A DNA stretch of 57,397 nucleotides from NCBI GenBank assembly GCA_003518045.1, contig DOZK01000020.1, positions 19,292-76,688 of the forward strand, read 5' to 3'. Under the pieces are notes generated by a model. The model made no database searches and had not been told where the DNA came from. It worked only from the letters and a program-made list of their open reading frames with translations. The DNA comes from Candidatus Nomurabacteria bacterium (lineage in GTDB: Bacteria > Patescibacteriota > Minisyncoccia > Phycocordibacterales > UBA5272). Positions 18,674 to 29,252 of the stretch are shown piece after piece. The translations under genes and the position numbers were made by a program. Position 1 is the stretch's first letter, and the number at the start of each line of letters is the position of its first letter.

Positions 18674-19480
18674 ATGGAAAGGAAAACAAATATCATAGCA
18701 ACAATAGGTCCGGCCACTAATAAAAAAGAAATTCTTTTACAGATATTACCTTTGATTGATATGGTTAGGCTTAATTTTTCTTGGGGGACACATGAAGAAA
18801 TGTCAGAAATAATTTCTTTAGTGAGAGAAGTAAGTGAGAAGATTGGTAAAAAAATTCTTATCATACAAGATTTATCAGGGCCCCGTACTCAAGAAAAAGA
18901 TGGGCATCATTTTACAGATGGTGCTACAGAAGTCCTTACAGAAAAAGATTTAAATGATTTGGTTTTTGGAGTTTCAAAAAATGTGGATTATGTCGCAATG
19001 TCTTATGTTGGGAAAGTAGATGACATAAAAGACTTACGTAATCATATGACAATTTTGGGCGCAAATATTCCAGTAATTGCAAAAATAGAAAGAAAAATCG
19101 CTGTGGAAAATATTGAGACAATTATTGATGAGTCAGATGCAATAATGATTGCAAGAGGGGATTTAGGATTAGCATTTCCGATAGAAGAAATTCCATTCCT
19201 TGAAAGAAGAATACTTTCAGCCTGTAATAAGAAAAATAAATATGTAATAGTTGCAACTGAGATGTTGCTTTCTATGGTAAAAAAAGATAGACCAACAAGA
19301 GCAGAAGTTACAGATGTTGCTTTCGCCGTTACAGGTGGAGCAAGTGCGGTGATGTTATCTGAAGAAACAACAGAAGGGGATTATCCAGTTGAAACCGTGA
19401 AGATATTGGATAGAATAATTAGAAACGCAGAGGCCCATAAGGTTTTATTTTGGCTAGAGAGCAGTGAAGTAGAAAAGTAA
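18674..19480 (+). CDS. pyk: pyruvate kinase, minimal (A domain only)
   Basis: TNIIATIGPA, RLNFS, IAKIE, IMIARGDLG, PTRAEVTDV, VMLS.ET. Confidence 0.9.
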   Translation: MERKTNIIATIGPATNKKEILLQILPLIDMVRLNFSWGTHEEMSEIISLVREVSEKIGKKILIIQDLSGPRTQEKDGHHFTDGATEVLTEKDLNDLVFGVSKNVDYVAMSYVGKVDDIKDLRNHMTILGANIPVIAKIERKIAVENIETIIDESDAIMIARGDLGLAFPIEEIPFLERRILSACNKKNKYVIVATEMLLSMVKKDRPTRAEVTDVAFAVTGGASAVMLSEETTEGDYPVETVKILDRIIRNAEAHKVLFWLESSEVEK

Positions 19481-19613
19481 CCTTTTATACTTCATGCGAG
19501 CGACGACAAAAAAAGTTTCGCTAAATGTAGTAAGCTATAGTTATTATGAACGAAGTGAATTTTTAATAGTGTTCTACATGTTCGCACTGAGAAAACTTTA
19601 TAATAATAAAAAT

Positions 19614-20585
19614 ATGACAAAATTAATTTACATTACACGAGCTATACCGGAAGTTGGTATTCAAATTATGAAAGATAATGGTTATATAGTTGATATTGGC
19701 TCTACAGATGACGCCCCATCAAAAGATGAATTGATAAAAACATTATCACAAAAACCATATGATGCTCTTGTTTCATTTTTGACTGACAGTATTGATAAAG
19801 AAATTTTTGACGCGTGTCCAACTATAAAAATAGTTGCGCAATATGCGGTTGGTTTTAATAATATTAATTTAGAAGATGCAAAAGAAAGAAATATTGTTAT
19901 AACAAATACTCCTGGATGTTCATCACGTGCTGTTGCTGAACACGCAGTTGCCCTCATGCTTTCATTAACAACAAGAGCAACTGAAGGAGACGAATATATT
20001 AGATCTGGGAAATTTACTGGATGGATGCCGGGATTATTAAATGGAGTTGATTTAACAGGAAAGACAATTGGTATTTTAGGTGGGGGTGCAATTGGGCAAG
20101 AGGTTGCATCTATTTTACATTTTGGATTTAATTGTCCGATTATTTATTCTGACGTTAAAGAAAATATTTTTTTGAAAGAAAAAATCGGTGCTACTTTTAT
20201 GGATAAAGAAAGTTTATTAAAACAAAGCGATATAGTTACACTGCATGTTCCGCTATTGCCTACCACTAAGCATTTAATAAATAAAGACACTTTTAGCTTA
20301 ATGAAAAAAGAAGCGTTTTTAATTAACACTTCACGCGGGCCTGTAATTGATGAAGTTGCCTTAGTCGAAGCTCTAAAAAATGGAGTTATAAAAGGTGCAG
20401 GGTTAGACGTTTTTGAATTTGAGCCAGCAATTACAGCCGGTTTGGAAGATATTCCGGACGTCGTTCTTACTCCGCATATTGCCTCATCACGTGCCAGCGT
20501 CCGAGCTGAAATGGCAAAAATAGTCGGACAAAATGTAGTTAATTTTTTCGAAAAGGGCGTAGCTTTGAATGAAGCTAGTTGTTAA
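19614..20585 (+). CDS. D-2-hydroxyacid dehydrogenase (glyoxylate/hydroxypyruvate reductase-like)
   Basis: AVGFNNI, GILGGGAIG, INTSRG, GLDVFE.EP, TPHIAS; start placed at ATG 19614 after TATAAT. Confidence 0.9.
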   Translation: MTKLIYITRAIPEVGIQIMKDNGYIVDIGSTDDAPSKDELIKTLSQKPYDALVSFLTDSIDKEIFDACPTIKIVAQYAVGFNNINLEDAKERNIVITNTPGCSSRAVAEHAVALMLSLTTRATEGDEYIRSGKFTGWMPGLLNGVDLTGKTIGILGGGAIGQEVASILHFGFNCPIIYSDVKENIFLKEKIGATFMDKESLLKQSDIVTLHVPLLPTTKHLINKDTFSLMKKEAFLINTSRGPVIDEVALVEALKNGVIKGAGLDVFEFEPAITAGLEDIPDVVLTPHIASSRASVRAEMAKIVGQNVVNFFEKGVALNEASC

Positions 20586-20630
20586 ATCCCTTCTAGGGTT
20601 ATATTCCTCGTCAGCTTGCTCTAGTATCAG

Positions 20631-20728
20631 TGTCATCCTAGGCTTGACCTAGAATCCAGTGTCCACTGGATTCCAAATCCTCGCCTTCGTGATTACACTA
20701 TGGCGTGGCAAGCAAGTTTGGAAAGACA
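20631..20728. repeat. REP-like element with a nested ~34-nt insertion
   Basis: TGTCATCC...ATCCAGTGTCCACTGGATTCCAAATC[insert 20680-20713]AAGTTTGGAAAGACA. Confidence 0.75.
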
Positions 20729-20808
20729 TACGATACCCCGCCCTCGAGCTTTGAGGTAGTTCATTAGCCATTAATTGTAAAAACTGCTATAATATAAAAA
20801 TATTAAAC

Positions 20809-22491
20809 ATGAAGCGCCACAAATATATCTTTGTTGTTGGGGGCGTTATGTCAGGGGTAGGTAAAGGAATTACCACCTCATCTATTGGGACCATTTTTCA
20901 AGCCAAGGGTTACAGTGTAAATATAATAAAAGCAGATCCATATTTGAATGTGGATGCTGGAACAATGAACCCAACAGAACACGGAGAAGTTTTCGTTTTA
21001 AATTGTGGACTAGAAACAGACCAAGACATGGGGAATTATGAGCGCTTCCTAAATCGTGATGCGAGCGAACTTGATTATATGACTTCCGGTATGGTTTATA
21101 GTTCTGTTATTAAACGCGAGCGAGAGCTTGGCTATAAAGGTAAATGTGTTGAGGCTGTTCCACATATTCGTGAAGAAATAACTTCACGCATAATTGCTAG
21201 TGCTAAGAAAAGTAAATCTGATATTTCTATAATCGAAATTGGTGGAACAATAGGGGACTATCAAAACATAATGTTTATAGAAGCGGCACGTGTTTTAAAA
21301 TTAGAAAACCCAGAAGATGTAGCTGTGATTATGGTTTCCTTCCTTCCAATTCCAGGAACTCTTGGAGAAATGAAATCCAAGCCAACACAAAATGCTGTGA
21401 GACAGCTTAACTCTTATGGATTAAATGCGGACTTTATTATTGCTCGTAGTGAATTTCCATTAGACGACAGAAGGAAAGAAAAAATTGCAATTTCTTGTAA
21501 TGTGCCAGCTATGCGTATTATTTCTGCGCCAGATATAGAAAGTATTTATGATGTTCCAGAAAATTTTGAAAAAGATAAATTAAGTGAAATGTTGGAAAAG
21601 ATGATGCATATGAAATCTCGTAAAATGGATTTGTCAGCGTGGTCTTCTTTTGTGAAGAAAGTTAAAAATACAAAAAAGGAAGTTACTATAGCAATTGTTG
21701 GAAAATATTTTGATACTGGAGACTTCGTTTTATCAGACGCTTATGTTTCTGTTATCGAAGCAATAAAGTTTTCAGCTTTCACGCAAGGTGCAAAACCAAA
21801 AATTATTTGGATGAATTCAAAACATTTTGAAGGTGATATTAAAAAAGCTGAAAGTCTATGTAAAGAACAATTTGCAAATGTTGATGGAATTATAGTGCCA
21901 GGAGGTTTCGGTGAAACTGGAGTAGAAGGAAAAATGCGCGTTATAAAATATGCTCGTGAAAATAAAATACCATATTTTGGACTTTGTTACGGTATGCAAT
22001 TAATGGTTGTAGAATATGCGAGAAATATGGCAGGATTAACTGACGCCCACACGACAGAAATAAATAAAGACACAAAATATCCAGTGATTGATATTATGGA
22101 ATCTCAGAAGAAGCACATGAAAGATGGGAATTACGGAGGGTCAATGAGATTGGGCGCTTATCCTTGTGAATTAAAATCAGGAAGTATTGCAAGAAAAGCA
22201 TATGAAAATGCTGGGAAGGGAAAAATTTCAGGTGATAAATATACAATTAGTGAGCGTCATCGTCATAGATTTGAAGTTAATAATCAGTATATTGAAGATT
22301 TAAAAAAGGCAGGACTTATTTTCTCGGGGACGTCCCCCGATGGTAGTCTTATGGAAATAGCTGAGCTTCCAAAATCCGTTCACCCATTTTTCCTAGGTAC
22401 ACAATTCCACCCAGAATTATTAGCTCGCCCACTTGATCCACATCCTCTATTTACAGATTTTATAAAAGCCGCACTTTCGGTTAAGAAATAA
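20809..22491 (+). CDS. pyrG: CTP synthase
   Basis: GGVMSGVGKG, DPYLNVDAGTM, GLCYGMQ, ERHRHRFEVN, QFHPE. Confidence 0.97.
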   Translation: MKRHKYIFVVGGVMSGVGKGITTSSIGTIFQAKGYSVNIIKADPYLNVDAGTMNPTEHGEVFVLNCGLETDQDMGNYERFLNRDASELDYMTSGMVYSSVIKRERELGYKGKCVEAVPHIREEITSRIIASAKKSKSDISIIEIGGTIGDYQNIMFIEAARVLKLENPEDVAVIMVSFLPIPGTLGEMKSKPTQNAVRQLNSYGLNADFIIARSEFPLDDRRKEKIAISCNVPAMRIISAPDIESIYDVPENFEKDKLSEMLEKMMHMKSRKMDLSAWSSFVKKVKNTKKEVTIAIVGKYFDTGDFVLSDAYVSVIEAIKFSAFTQGAKPKIIWMNSKHFEGDIKKAESLCKEQFANVDGIIVPGGFGETGVEGKMRVIKYARENKIPYFGLCYGMQLMVVEYARNMAGLTDAHTTEINKDTKYPVIDIMESQKKHMKDGNYGGSMRLGAYPCELKSGSIARKAYENAGKGKISGDKYTISERHRHRFEVNNQYIEDLKKAGLIFSGTSPDGSLMEIAELPKSVHPFFLGTQFHPELLARPLDPHPLFTDFIKAALSVKK

Positions 22492-22497
22492 AATAAA

Positions 22498-23724
22498 ATG
22501 GTATTCTCAAAACTAAAATCTATTTTTAGTAATAAAGAAATTCCTTACGGAATACGTTTGATTACAAAGGTAACAAGTATTAGATGGTTTGGTTGGGGTT
22601 TTGCTGAAACCTTAATCCCAGTTTTACTTTTTTCATATGGAAATAGTTTTGCTGAGGCGGGACTTTTAAATGCAGCAGTTGATATTACTTTTATTTTGTC
22701 TCTTCCAATTATTGGAATGTTTGCAGATAAAGTAAGGGCAACAACTTTAATTTTGATTGGAGCTTTTCTTTATATATTTGTCGGGCTAGGATATTTCCTT
22801 ACGGGAGTTACTGGTATGGTAATATTTTTGGTCTTAGCAAGATTGATAAATGGAGTTAGCTGGGGGTTGGATGTTGTTGGACGAGATACATATTTTAGAA
22901 GACATGTAGATAAAAGTAAAATAGCAACTGCTTTTGGATATTTTGATACAGTTGCTAATTTTTGGTGGGTCGTGTCTGCAATTATTGGAATATTTCTTGT
23001 TAAATATTTTTCTATTACAAATTTACTTTTTCTAATTACACCATTTGCGGTTATCAGCCTTTTAGTGGTTTCAAAGTTTAGAAAGAAGGAAGAAAAAATT
23101 CACCCAGTTGCGACTCAAAAATTTTCGATTAATTTCTTAAAAGAAATTAAAGATTGGAGTTTGATGTTAAAAAGTATTGTCGGATTTAATTTCTTAATTT
23201 CTTTTACAGGAGCGGTGGTTATATTTTTCTTACCAATTGAAGTTTATCGAGATGGTGGAAGTTTAACTTTAGTAATACTTATGGGTATAGCTTATATATT
23301 ACCGACACTCACCGGATGGAGTTTGGGAAAATTATTTGATACTAAAGGTTATAAAACACTCGGAACAAGTTTAATTATTTTTGCATTATTACTTCTATCA
23401 CTTTCGTTTTTAACGAGTTTCTCTTGGAGGATAGCCATAATGTTTATTATAAGCATAATACTTGAACTTATTTCTGTAGGTAGTAATGAGCTGATTACAG
23501 CCACCGCAACACCAGAACATTTTGGTAGGGTGGAGGGTGTTATGAAAAGTATTACAACTATTGGTGCTATGATGGGACCTCTAATCGTTGGAATTTTAAT
23601 TGATATGACCAGTGCAAGTAGTGCATATATTTCTCTAGCTGTTATTATTTTTTCTCTAGCGATTATTTTTAAGGTATTAGATAGACAAGGATTTATAGAG
23701 AAATACGTTTTTATAGAAAGATAA
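22498..23724 (+). CDS. MFS transporter
   Basis: About 12 hydrophobic segments; G.FADK motif A. Confidence 0.8.
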   Translation: MVFSKLKSIFSNKEIPYGIRLITKVTSIRWFGWGFAETLIPVLLFSYGNSFAEAGLLNAAVDITFILSLPIIGMFADKVRATTLILIGAFLYIFVGLGYFLTGVTGMVIFLVLARLINGVSWGLDVVGRDTYFRRHVDKSKIATAFGYFDTVANFWWVVSAIIGIFLVKYFSITNLLFLITPFAVISLLVVSKFRKKEEKIHPVATQKFSINFLKEIKDWSLMLKSIVGFNFLISFTGAVVIFFLPIEVYRDGGSLTLVILMGIAYILPTLTGWSLGKLFDTKGYKTLGTSLIIFALLLLSLSFLTSFSWRIAIMFIISIILELISVGSNELITATATPEHFGRVEGVMKSITTIGAMMGPLIVGILIDMTSASSAYISLAVIIFSLAIIFKVLDRQGFIEKYVFIER

Positions 23725-23750
23725 TAATATTTGCGTGATACAATATAAAT

Positions 23751-24152
23751 ATGAAGAATGATCTTAATTTACCCCATGTTCATACTCAAGACCAGCCAAA
23801 ACTTGTAAAAGAAGGAGTGTTTATTATTGATAAAGAAGTTTGGAGTACGCAAAAAAGAATTGCTAGAATTTATGGACGAAGTGTTCCAACTATAAATGAC
23901 CATTTGAAAAAAATGTATAGAGAGAAAGAATTAACGAAGGCATTAACGGAAAGAGCTTTAATGGTTACACAAAAAGAAGGTAAAAAAGAAGTGGCACGTA
24001 AAACTTATGTTTATAATACCGATGTTGTAATTGCTATAGGCTTTCGCGTGAAAGGGGAATGGGGAAAAGAATTTCGCATCTGGGCCAGAGAAGTCGTAAG
24101 AGAAAGTTATGACCCGTTGGAACAAATTAAACATTTAGTGGTTAGGAGGTAA
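23751..24152 (+). CDS. RhuM-family (virulence RhuM-like) DNA-binding protein
   Basis: VW.TQ..IA..YG....TI..HL...Y.E.EL; YN.DVVIAIGFRV....G..FR.WA. Confidence 0.8.
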   Translation: MKNDLNLPHVHTQDQPKLVKEGVFIIDKEVWSTQKRIARIYGRSVPTINDHLKKMYREKELTKALTERALMVTQKEGKKEVARKTYVYNTDVVIAIGFRVKGEWGKEFRIWAREVVRESYDPLEQIKHLVVRR

Positions 24153-24157
24153 TTTTA

Positions 24158-24318
24158 GTAGGTAGTAAATAGTGGGTAGTAGGTAGTTGGATACACACAG
24201 GAGATAAAATATTCAATGAAACAATTTTGTTATTCAAAAATACAGACACTGGATTCCAAATTAAATTTGGAATGACATGAATACGAATTTGTATTACTAC
24301 GCACTACGCACTACTTAC
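24158..24318. repeat. intergenic 7-mer tandem arrays in inverted arrangement flanking a half REP-like element (24247-24277)
   Basis: AGTAGGT AGTAAAT AGTGGGT AGTAGGT ... TACTACG CACTACG CACTACT; CACTGGATTCCAAATTAAATTTGGAATGACA. Confidence 0.65.
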
Positions 24319-25898
24319 TAACAACTTGCATCTGGCGGTAATATCCTTTGCTTAATATAAGAAACATCAACCCCTATTTTTTTATTAGTATTTAAAATAT
24401 TATTTGGGTCCCAAATATTTTTTACTTTAGAAAATATTTCAATTATTTTTGGAGAATAAAATAATGGCAAAAAGGCTGTACCAATTAGTCCGTCTCCACT
24501 GCCCGCGCTACCACTACCTTTATATTTTTTTGCTATAGAAAAACAAGCTTCAGTCGCATTTATAACTTTGTCAGCAAAAGTATTTATATCATTCGGGATA
24601 AATGTAATAACAGAAATATGCCCGCTACCTACATTTCCAGTGGTATTAAAAATTAAATGATTTTCATTATGATATTTTTCTATAGCAAGTAAAGTCTCAG
24701 GTAAATTTTCTATTGGAACAATTATTCCATCGCCTGTAATACAAGGGATTACAGTTTGGCCACTATAGCTTTCTAATAATTTTTTTACATGAGAAGGTTC
24801 AGTAAAATTATGAAGATAATTATCTCCACGCATACAAGTAATACTCTCGGAAGGTAAATTTAATTCCTTCACCAACCTTAATTGTTTTTCATGTAAAGCT
24901 TTTTCATCATTTCCTGATTGTGTAGCGACAAGCGTTAAAACATGTGGAGTAGAAGATGAATATATTTCTTTATCCTGCCCACCAAAAGTACTTGAAAGAT
25001 TTTCGAGTAAGACATCATACATAAAAAGATTATCTACCCCGTTTACTTTACAGGCCAAAATACAATCAGGAAGATTTTGATATTCTGGTATTCTTATCCG
25101 TATTGTTTTTTTAAATAGTGGTCTAGGGATAGTTCTTAATTTAATACTTGTGATTATTGCAAGAGTTCCTTGAGAGCCAATTATATTATTTATTAATTGT
25201 CTTGGCCCGATGCTTTGCCCCCAAATGTTAAACCCTGAATTATCTTCAGAACATGTTGGCTTTCCTCCACGAATAATATGTGTCTCCGTTGATAAAAGCG
25301 GGAAAAGAGATTGATAAATAGAAAGTAATTTTCCGCTCGGCGTTATTCCATCTTCGATTATATGTTGCTCCCCGTTGGAAAGAACAATAGATAATCCAAT
25401 CACCCAAGAATTAATGCCACCATGTTCAAACGAAGAGGGACTAACATTTTTTGTAGCAACAACACCACCTATTGTATCGTTATCATTTTGTTCTGTTAAA
25501 AAAGGTATCTCTAAATTCCAACCAGATAAATGTTCCCTTATTTTTTTGCAACTAACACCAGGGTCAACATTTATAATATTACCAAGCATGTCGACATGTT
25601 TTATGCGGTTAAAATATTTTGTCATATCAATTACAATGCCTTCAACTAAAGAAGCTCCGCTAGCATTGTTCCCATTACCTTTTACAGCAACTGGTATTTT
25701 ATATTCATCAGCACAAGCAATTATTTTTTTAATATCCTCTACTGTTTTTGGATAGGTAATTATATGTGGGAGTATTTTGCATGAAGAAAAATCTCGACTA
25801 TTTTTTTCTAAAGCATGATAGGAAGTATCTATTTCTCCACCTAATGTTCTTGCTAAATCTGTATAAAGTGTGGGGACTCGTGAGTTTTTAAAGTCCAT
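24318..25898 (-). CDS. FAD-binding oxidoreductase (GlcD/D-lactate dehydrogenase-like, divergent)
   Basis: P..V.DI..I...A....PV..G.G, TIGG, GSQGTLAIIT, K..WDP.NILN. Confidence 0.8.
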   Translation of the reverse strand: MDFKNSRVPTLYTDLARTLGGEIDTSYHALEKNSRDFSSCKILPHIITYPKTVEDIKKIIACADEYKIPVAVKGNGNNASGASLVEGIVIDMTKYFNRIKHVDMLGNIINVDPGVSCKKIREHLSGWNLEIPFLTEQNDNDTIGGVVATKNVSPSSFEHGGINSWVIGLSIVLSNGEQHIIEDGITPSGKLLSIYQSLFPLLSTETHIIRGGKPTCSEDNSGFNIWGQSIGPRQLINNIIGSQGTLAIITSIKLRTIPRPLFKKTIRIRIPEYQNLPDCILACKVNGVDNLFMYDVLLENLSSTFGGQDKEIYSSSTPHVLTLVATQSGNDEKALHEKQLRLVKELNLPSESITCMRGDNYLHNFTEPSHVKKLLESYSGQTVIPCITGDGIIVPIENLPETLLAIEKYHNENHLIFNTTGNVGSGHISVITFIPNDINTFADKVINATEACFSIAKKYKGSGSAGSGDGLIGTAFLPLFYSPKIIEIFSKVKNIWDPNNILNTNKKIGVDVSYIKQRILPPDASC

Positions 25899-26100
25899 GT
25901 TCGTAAAGGCTCTTGCCGTTTAAATATAATAGATAGGCGAGTATTAACAGTATAAGAATAATAGTTGAAATAAGTGCTATTCTTCGTAATTTTGAATAAG
26001 CATTATTTTCAGGAAAAGTTTCAGGTAAAGATGGGACCGCTTCTTCATTTACCACTCCACTATTTATTTCTGTGTTTTGATTATAGGAAGTATCTATCAT
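25888..26100 (-). CDS. small single-TM protein
   Basis: One hydrophobic segment; overlaps the downstream oxidoreductase start. Confidence 0.55.
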   Translation of the reverse strand: MIDTSYNQNTEINSGVVNEEAVPSLPETFPENNAYSKLRRIALISTIILILLILAYLLYLNGKSLYEHGL

Positions 26101-26215
26101 ATTTTTAGTATAACGTGTTTTTGCGCAATTTGTTTGTCAACACTGTCCACACCTAGCAATTGGTAAAAAGTTATATAATAAGAGTATTAATTATTAATAG
26201 TCCCACTTATTTTTT

Positions 26216-28258
26216 ATGAAATCCCTCGCATCTTTTTTCTCAAAAGTTTATAAATATGTAACAGCTTTTATAGTTGTTGGTTCACCTTTATTTTTTATAC
26301 CAAAGACTAGTTTTTTACCAGAAATTACATATCAAATTACTATGACAATAGCGATAAGTATAGCGATTATCTCATATGTTATTTCGGCGCTCATCACTAG
26401 GACATGGCATACAATTTCTAAGCTTGAATTTCTAGCCTATGTACTATTTTCTTTGTCCGTAGTTGGGTCTGTTATTTTTGCACGCAACCCAGTGTCTTCT
26501 CTGTTTGGAGAATCACTCAATGCTTATAGTGCCGTAGCACTTCTATCTTTGGTTGCTGTTATGTATTTAGTGCGAACTCTGCCAGAACAATTTCGTCATA
26601 AGTTAAAGATGATTTTAGTCGGGGTATTAGGAATTTCATCAATAGTATTTATTTGTTTGATGATATTTATTGGTCAAATTATGGAGGTTCTAGCAAAACT
26701 TTTTAGTGGCTTCACTTCTCCAACAGCATTGGCCTCATATATTGGAATTTTTGTGGTAACAATGTTTTTCTATGTTAAAAAATCTAGACTCTCTACAGCT
26801 TACAAAATTGCTTTAGCATTTTCAGCTGTTGTTATTTTAGCTTGGATTGTTGCTCTTTCTGCAAGTGATGCCAATCGTCCAAATTTTACAGATTCGTTAA
26901 TAGTTGGAAAAGAAGTTCTCGTTAATGATGGAGTATTCGGAATTGGTGCTAATGGTTATTCTCGTGCATGGCAATTGTATCGCCCACAAAGTGTTATAGC
27001 TTCACCATCTTTTGGTTCAGATTTTGAACAGGGACTTGGAACAACAACTACGCTTTTCACAACAGTTGGTATTTTTGGAGTAATAGCATTTATTCTTCTC
27101 GGGCTTTCTGCACTTTATAGTACATACAGAAGTTATCGTGAAGAAACAGAGACAGAAGAAAAAGTCATACTAGGCATTCTTCTCCTAATTCTTACTTACT
27201 TTACTTTAATTTCTTGGGTAATACCGCTATCTTACGCAATGCTTGTTACTTGGATGGTTGTGGCAGGATTAGGTCTTGCAAAAGCAAAACTCACAGCCTT
27301 TCATCCTAATAAAGCAGTCGCATTTATTCTTGTTCCGCTAGCTGTTGTATTGGTTTTGTATTCTTATATGAGTATAAATAAAATAAGAGCTTTCACGTAC
27401 TTCAACAAAGCTCAAGCGGCAGTATCAGCAAGTGATAAAACAGTTAATGTAAATAATTTAATTGCACAAGCTACGCGTATATATCCATATGACGGATTTT
27501 ATAGATGGGAAATAGAATATATTATCAGTCAAGAAAGAGTTTTGGTTTCTCAAGAAGTAAAAGACCAGGAAGCCATGAAGACAGCATATTTAGAAAATTC
27601 TCAAAAAGCAGTTGATGCTGGAAAAATGGCGATAACAATTAATCCAGATAATTATCAAAATTATGTTTCATTAGGACGTGCTTACGAATTAGCTATTGTT
27701 TTCGATAAGGAAGCTGCTTACAGTAATGCAAATAAATCATATAAGGAAGCGATTAAACTTTATCCGGAGAATCCTTACCTTTATGTGCTTTTGGCTCGCC
27801 TTGAGGCATCAGCTGGCACCAAGGAGGGGGTTAGACTTCAGCTAACAGAAGCTCTAAAGAAAAAAGAGAATTTTGCTGACGCTCTCTATTTAATGAGTCA
27901 GCTTGAAGCTTCAGAAAGTAAAATAGAGGAAGCTATTAAATATGCATTAGATGCTGTAAAGAATGCTCCTGGGGATCCATTGGTTTATACACAGGTAGGA
28001 CTTCTATATTATGGAAAGAAAGATTATCAAAATGCTTTTAATTATTTAAATGAAGCTCAAAAGAAAGACCCAACTAATGCCAGTGTTGCTTATTTCTTAG
28101 CTTTAACATTAAGAGATGGAGGACAACCAGAGGCCGCAAAACAAATCGGACAAGAATTATTGAAACGTAATCCTGGTAATGCTGACCTTGAGACCTTCCT
28201 TAAATCAATAGATGCATTAGAGGCACAAGCCACTTCCAAAACATCTGCTAAAAAGTAG
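26216..28258 (+). CDS. polytopic membrane protein with C-terminal TPR repeats (O-antigen-ligase-like N-terminal region)
   Basis: Multiple TM segments, FGIG motif, several A...P.N-type TPR repeats. Confidence 0.75.
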   Translation: MKSLASFFSKVYKYVTAFIVVGSPLFFIPKTSFLPEITYQITMTIAISIAIISYVISALITRTWHTISKLEFLAYVLFSLSVVGSVIFARNPVSSLFGESLNAYSAVALLSLVAVMYLVRTLPEQFRHKLKMILVGVLGISSIVFICLMIFIGQIMEVLAKLFSGFTSPTALASYIGIFVVTMFFYVKKSRLSTAYKIALAFSAVVILAWIVALSASDANRPNFTDSLIVGKEVLVNDGVFGIGANGYSRAWQLYRPQSVIASPSFGSDFEQGLGTTTTLFTTVGIFGVIAFILLGLSALYSTYRSYREETETEEKVILGILLLILTYFTLISWVIPLSYAMLVTWMVVAGLGLAKAKLTAFHPNKAVAFILVPLAVVLVLYSYMSINKIRAFTYFNKAQAAVSASDKTVNVNNLIAQATRIYPYDGFYRWEIEYIISQERVLVSQEVKDQEAMKTAYLENSQKAVDAGKMAITINPDNYQNYVSLGRAYELAIVFDKEAAYSNANKSYKEAIKLYPENPYLYVLLARLEASAGTKEGVRLQLTEALKKKENFADALYLMSQLEASESKIEEAIKYALDAVKNAPGDPLVYTQVGLLYYGKKDYQNAFNYLNEAQKKDPTNASVAYFLALTLRDGGQPEAAKQIGQELLKRNPGNADLETFLKSIDALEAQATSKTSAKK

Positions 28259-28259
28259 C

Positions 28260-28934
28260 ATGACTATTAATGAGATACAATTAAACGTAGACCAACTAAA
28301 AGAAAGGCATCCAAAATTAAATGAAGAGCTAATGTCTACTTTGCTTTTGGCGGGTGGTTGGGACGAGAGTTCCATTAAAGAAGCTGTGATGCTTTTTAAG
28401 TCAGGACAAATTAATGAGAAATCTAATTTAGCACTTCCGCATCAGGATAACGTTTCTCTTTTAGAATTACCAAAACTTTCTTTACTCGAAGAAAAAAAAG
28501 AAGACAAAGAAATAATAGAAGAAACACAGAAAGAATCTTTAGTTACTTCTCTTGTTGATAATTCGTTGACTAATAAAATAAAAGTAAAAGCAACTCTGCC
28601 GGACGATTTACCTCTGAAACCATTTGAGGCATCTCATAATATTTGGACATTCTCAAGATATAAAGATATATTCCACGGAAATGAAAAAGAAGAAGACATT
28701 GAGGAAAAAGTAGAAGAAAAGAAAGTGCCTGAAAAAGAAATGCCGAAAGTAGAAGTGGCAGAGAAAGAGGAGAAAATTATAATTCCAGAACAGAAAGTAT
28801 CTAAAGTTGAAAAATTATCTTTAGTAAAAGTTCCAATAACAAAAGAAGATGAAAGAATTATTCTAACTATTGGAATGCTTTTACTTATAGTGGTGATACT
28901 TGTTATTTATATGTATTTGAATGGAAGAATCTAA
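28260..28934 (+). CDS. hypothetical protein with C-terminal TM anchor
   Basis: LLAGGW...I.EA N-terminal motif, acidic linker, C-terminal hydrophobic helix. Confidence 0.65.
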   Translation: MTINEIQLNVDQLKERHPKLNEELMSTLLLAGGWDESSIKEAVMLFKSGQINEKSNLALPHQDNVSLLELPKLSLLEEKKEDKEIIEETQKESLVTSLVDNSLTNKIKVKATLPDDLPLKPFEASHNIWTFSRYKDIFHGNEKEEDIEEKVEEKKVPEKEMPKVEVAEKEEKIIIPEQKVSKVEKLSLVKVPITKEDERIILTIGMLLLIVVILVIYMYLNGRI

Positions 28935-28993
28935 ACTAGTTAGGGGTTAGAAGTTAGGAGTTAGAAGTTTTTAAATTACAAAATTTGATTTTG

Positions 28994-29133
28994 TGTCATT
29001 CCAAACTTGATTTGGAATCCAGTGTCTTTAATTTAAGTAGGCAGTAACCAGTGGGCAGTAATCAGTAATACAAATACAGACACTGGACCCGCCTTGCCCG
29101 GCGAGGCAGGCCCTGATTTTCATCAGGATGACA
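28994..29133. repeat. composite REP-like element with nested palindrome
   Basis: TGTCATTCCAAACTTGATTTGGAATCCAG...CTGGA[CCCGCCTTGCCCGGCGAGGCAGG]CCCTGATTTTCATCAGGATGACA. Confidence 0.85.
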
Positions 29134-29252
29134 ACAAAAACATCCGAGTTTTATAAGACAAAGCAGTGCCGTAGGCACTGCTTTTGTATTACTTTATGGA
29201 CTTTATAAACTTTACAGACTTTATGGACTTATACATGTTAAACTGAACTTCT

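Noticed and set aside
19494..19613. N-terminal extension of the dehydrogenase in the ORF track
   Set aside because: Family similarity begins at Met 19614, which follows a TATAAT box
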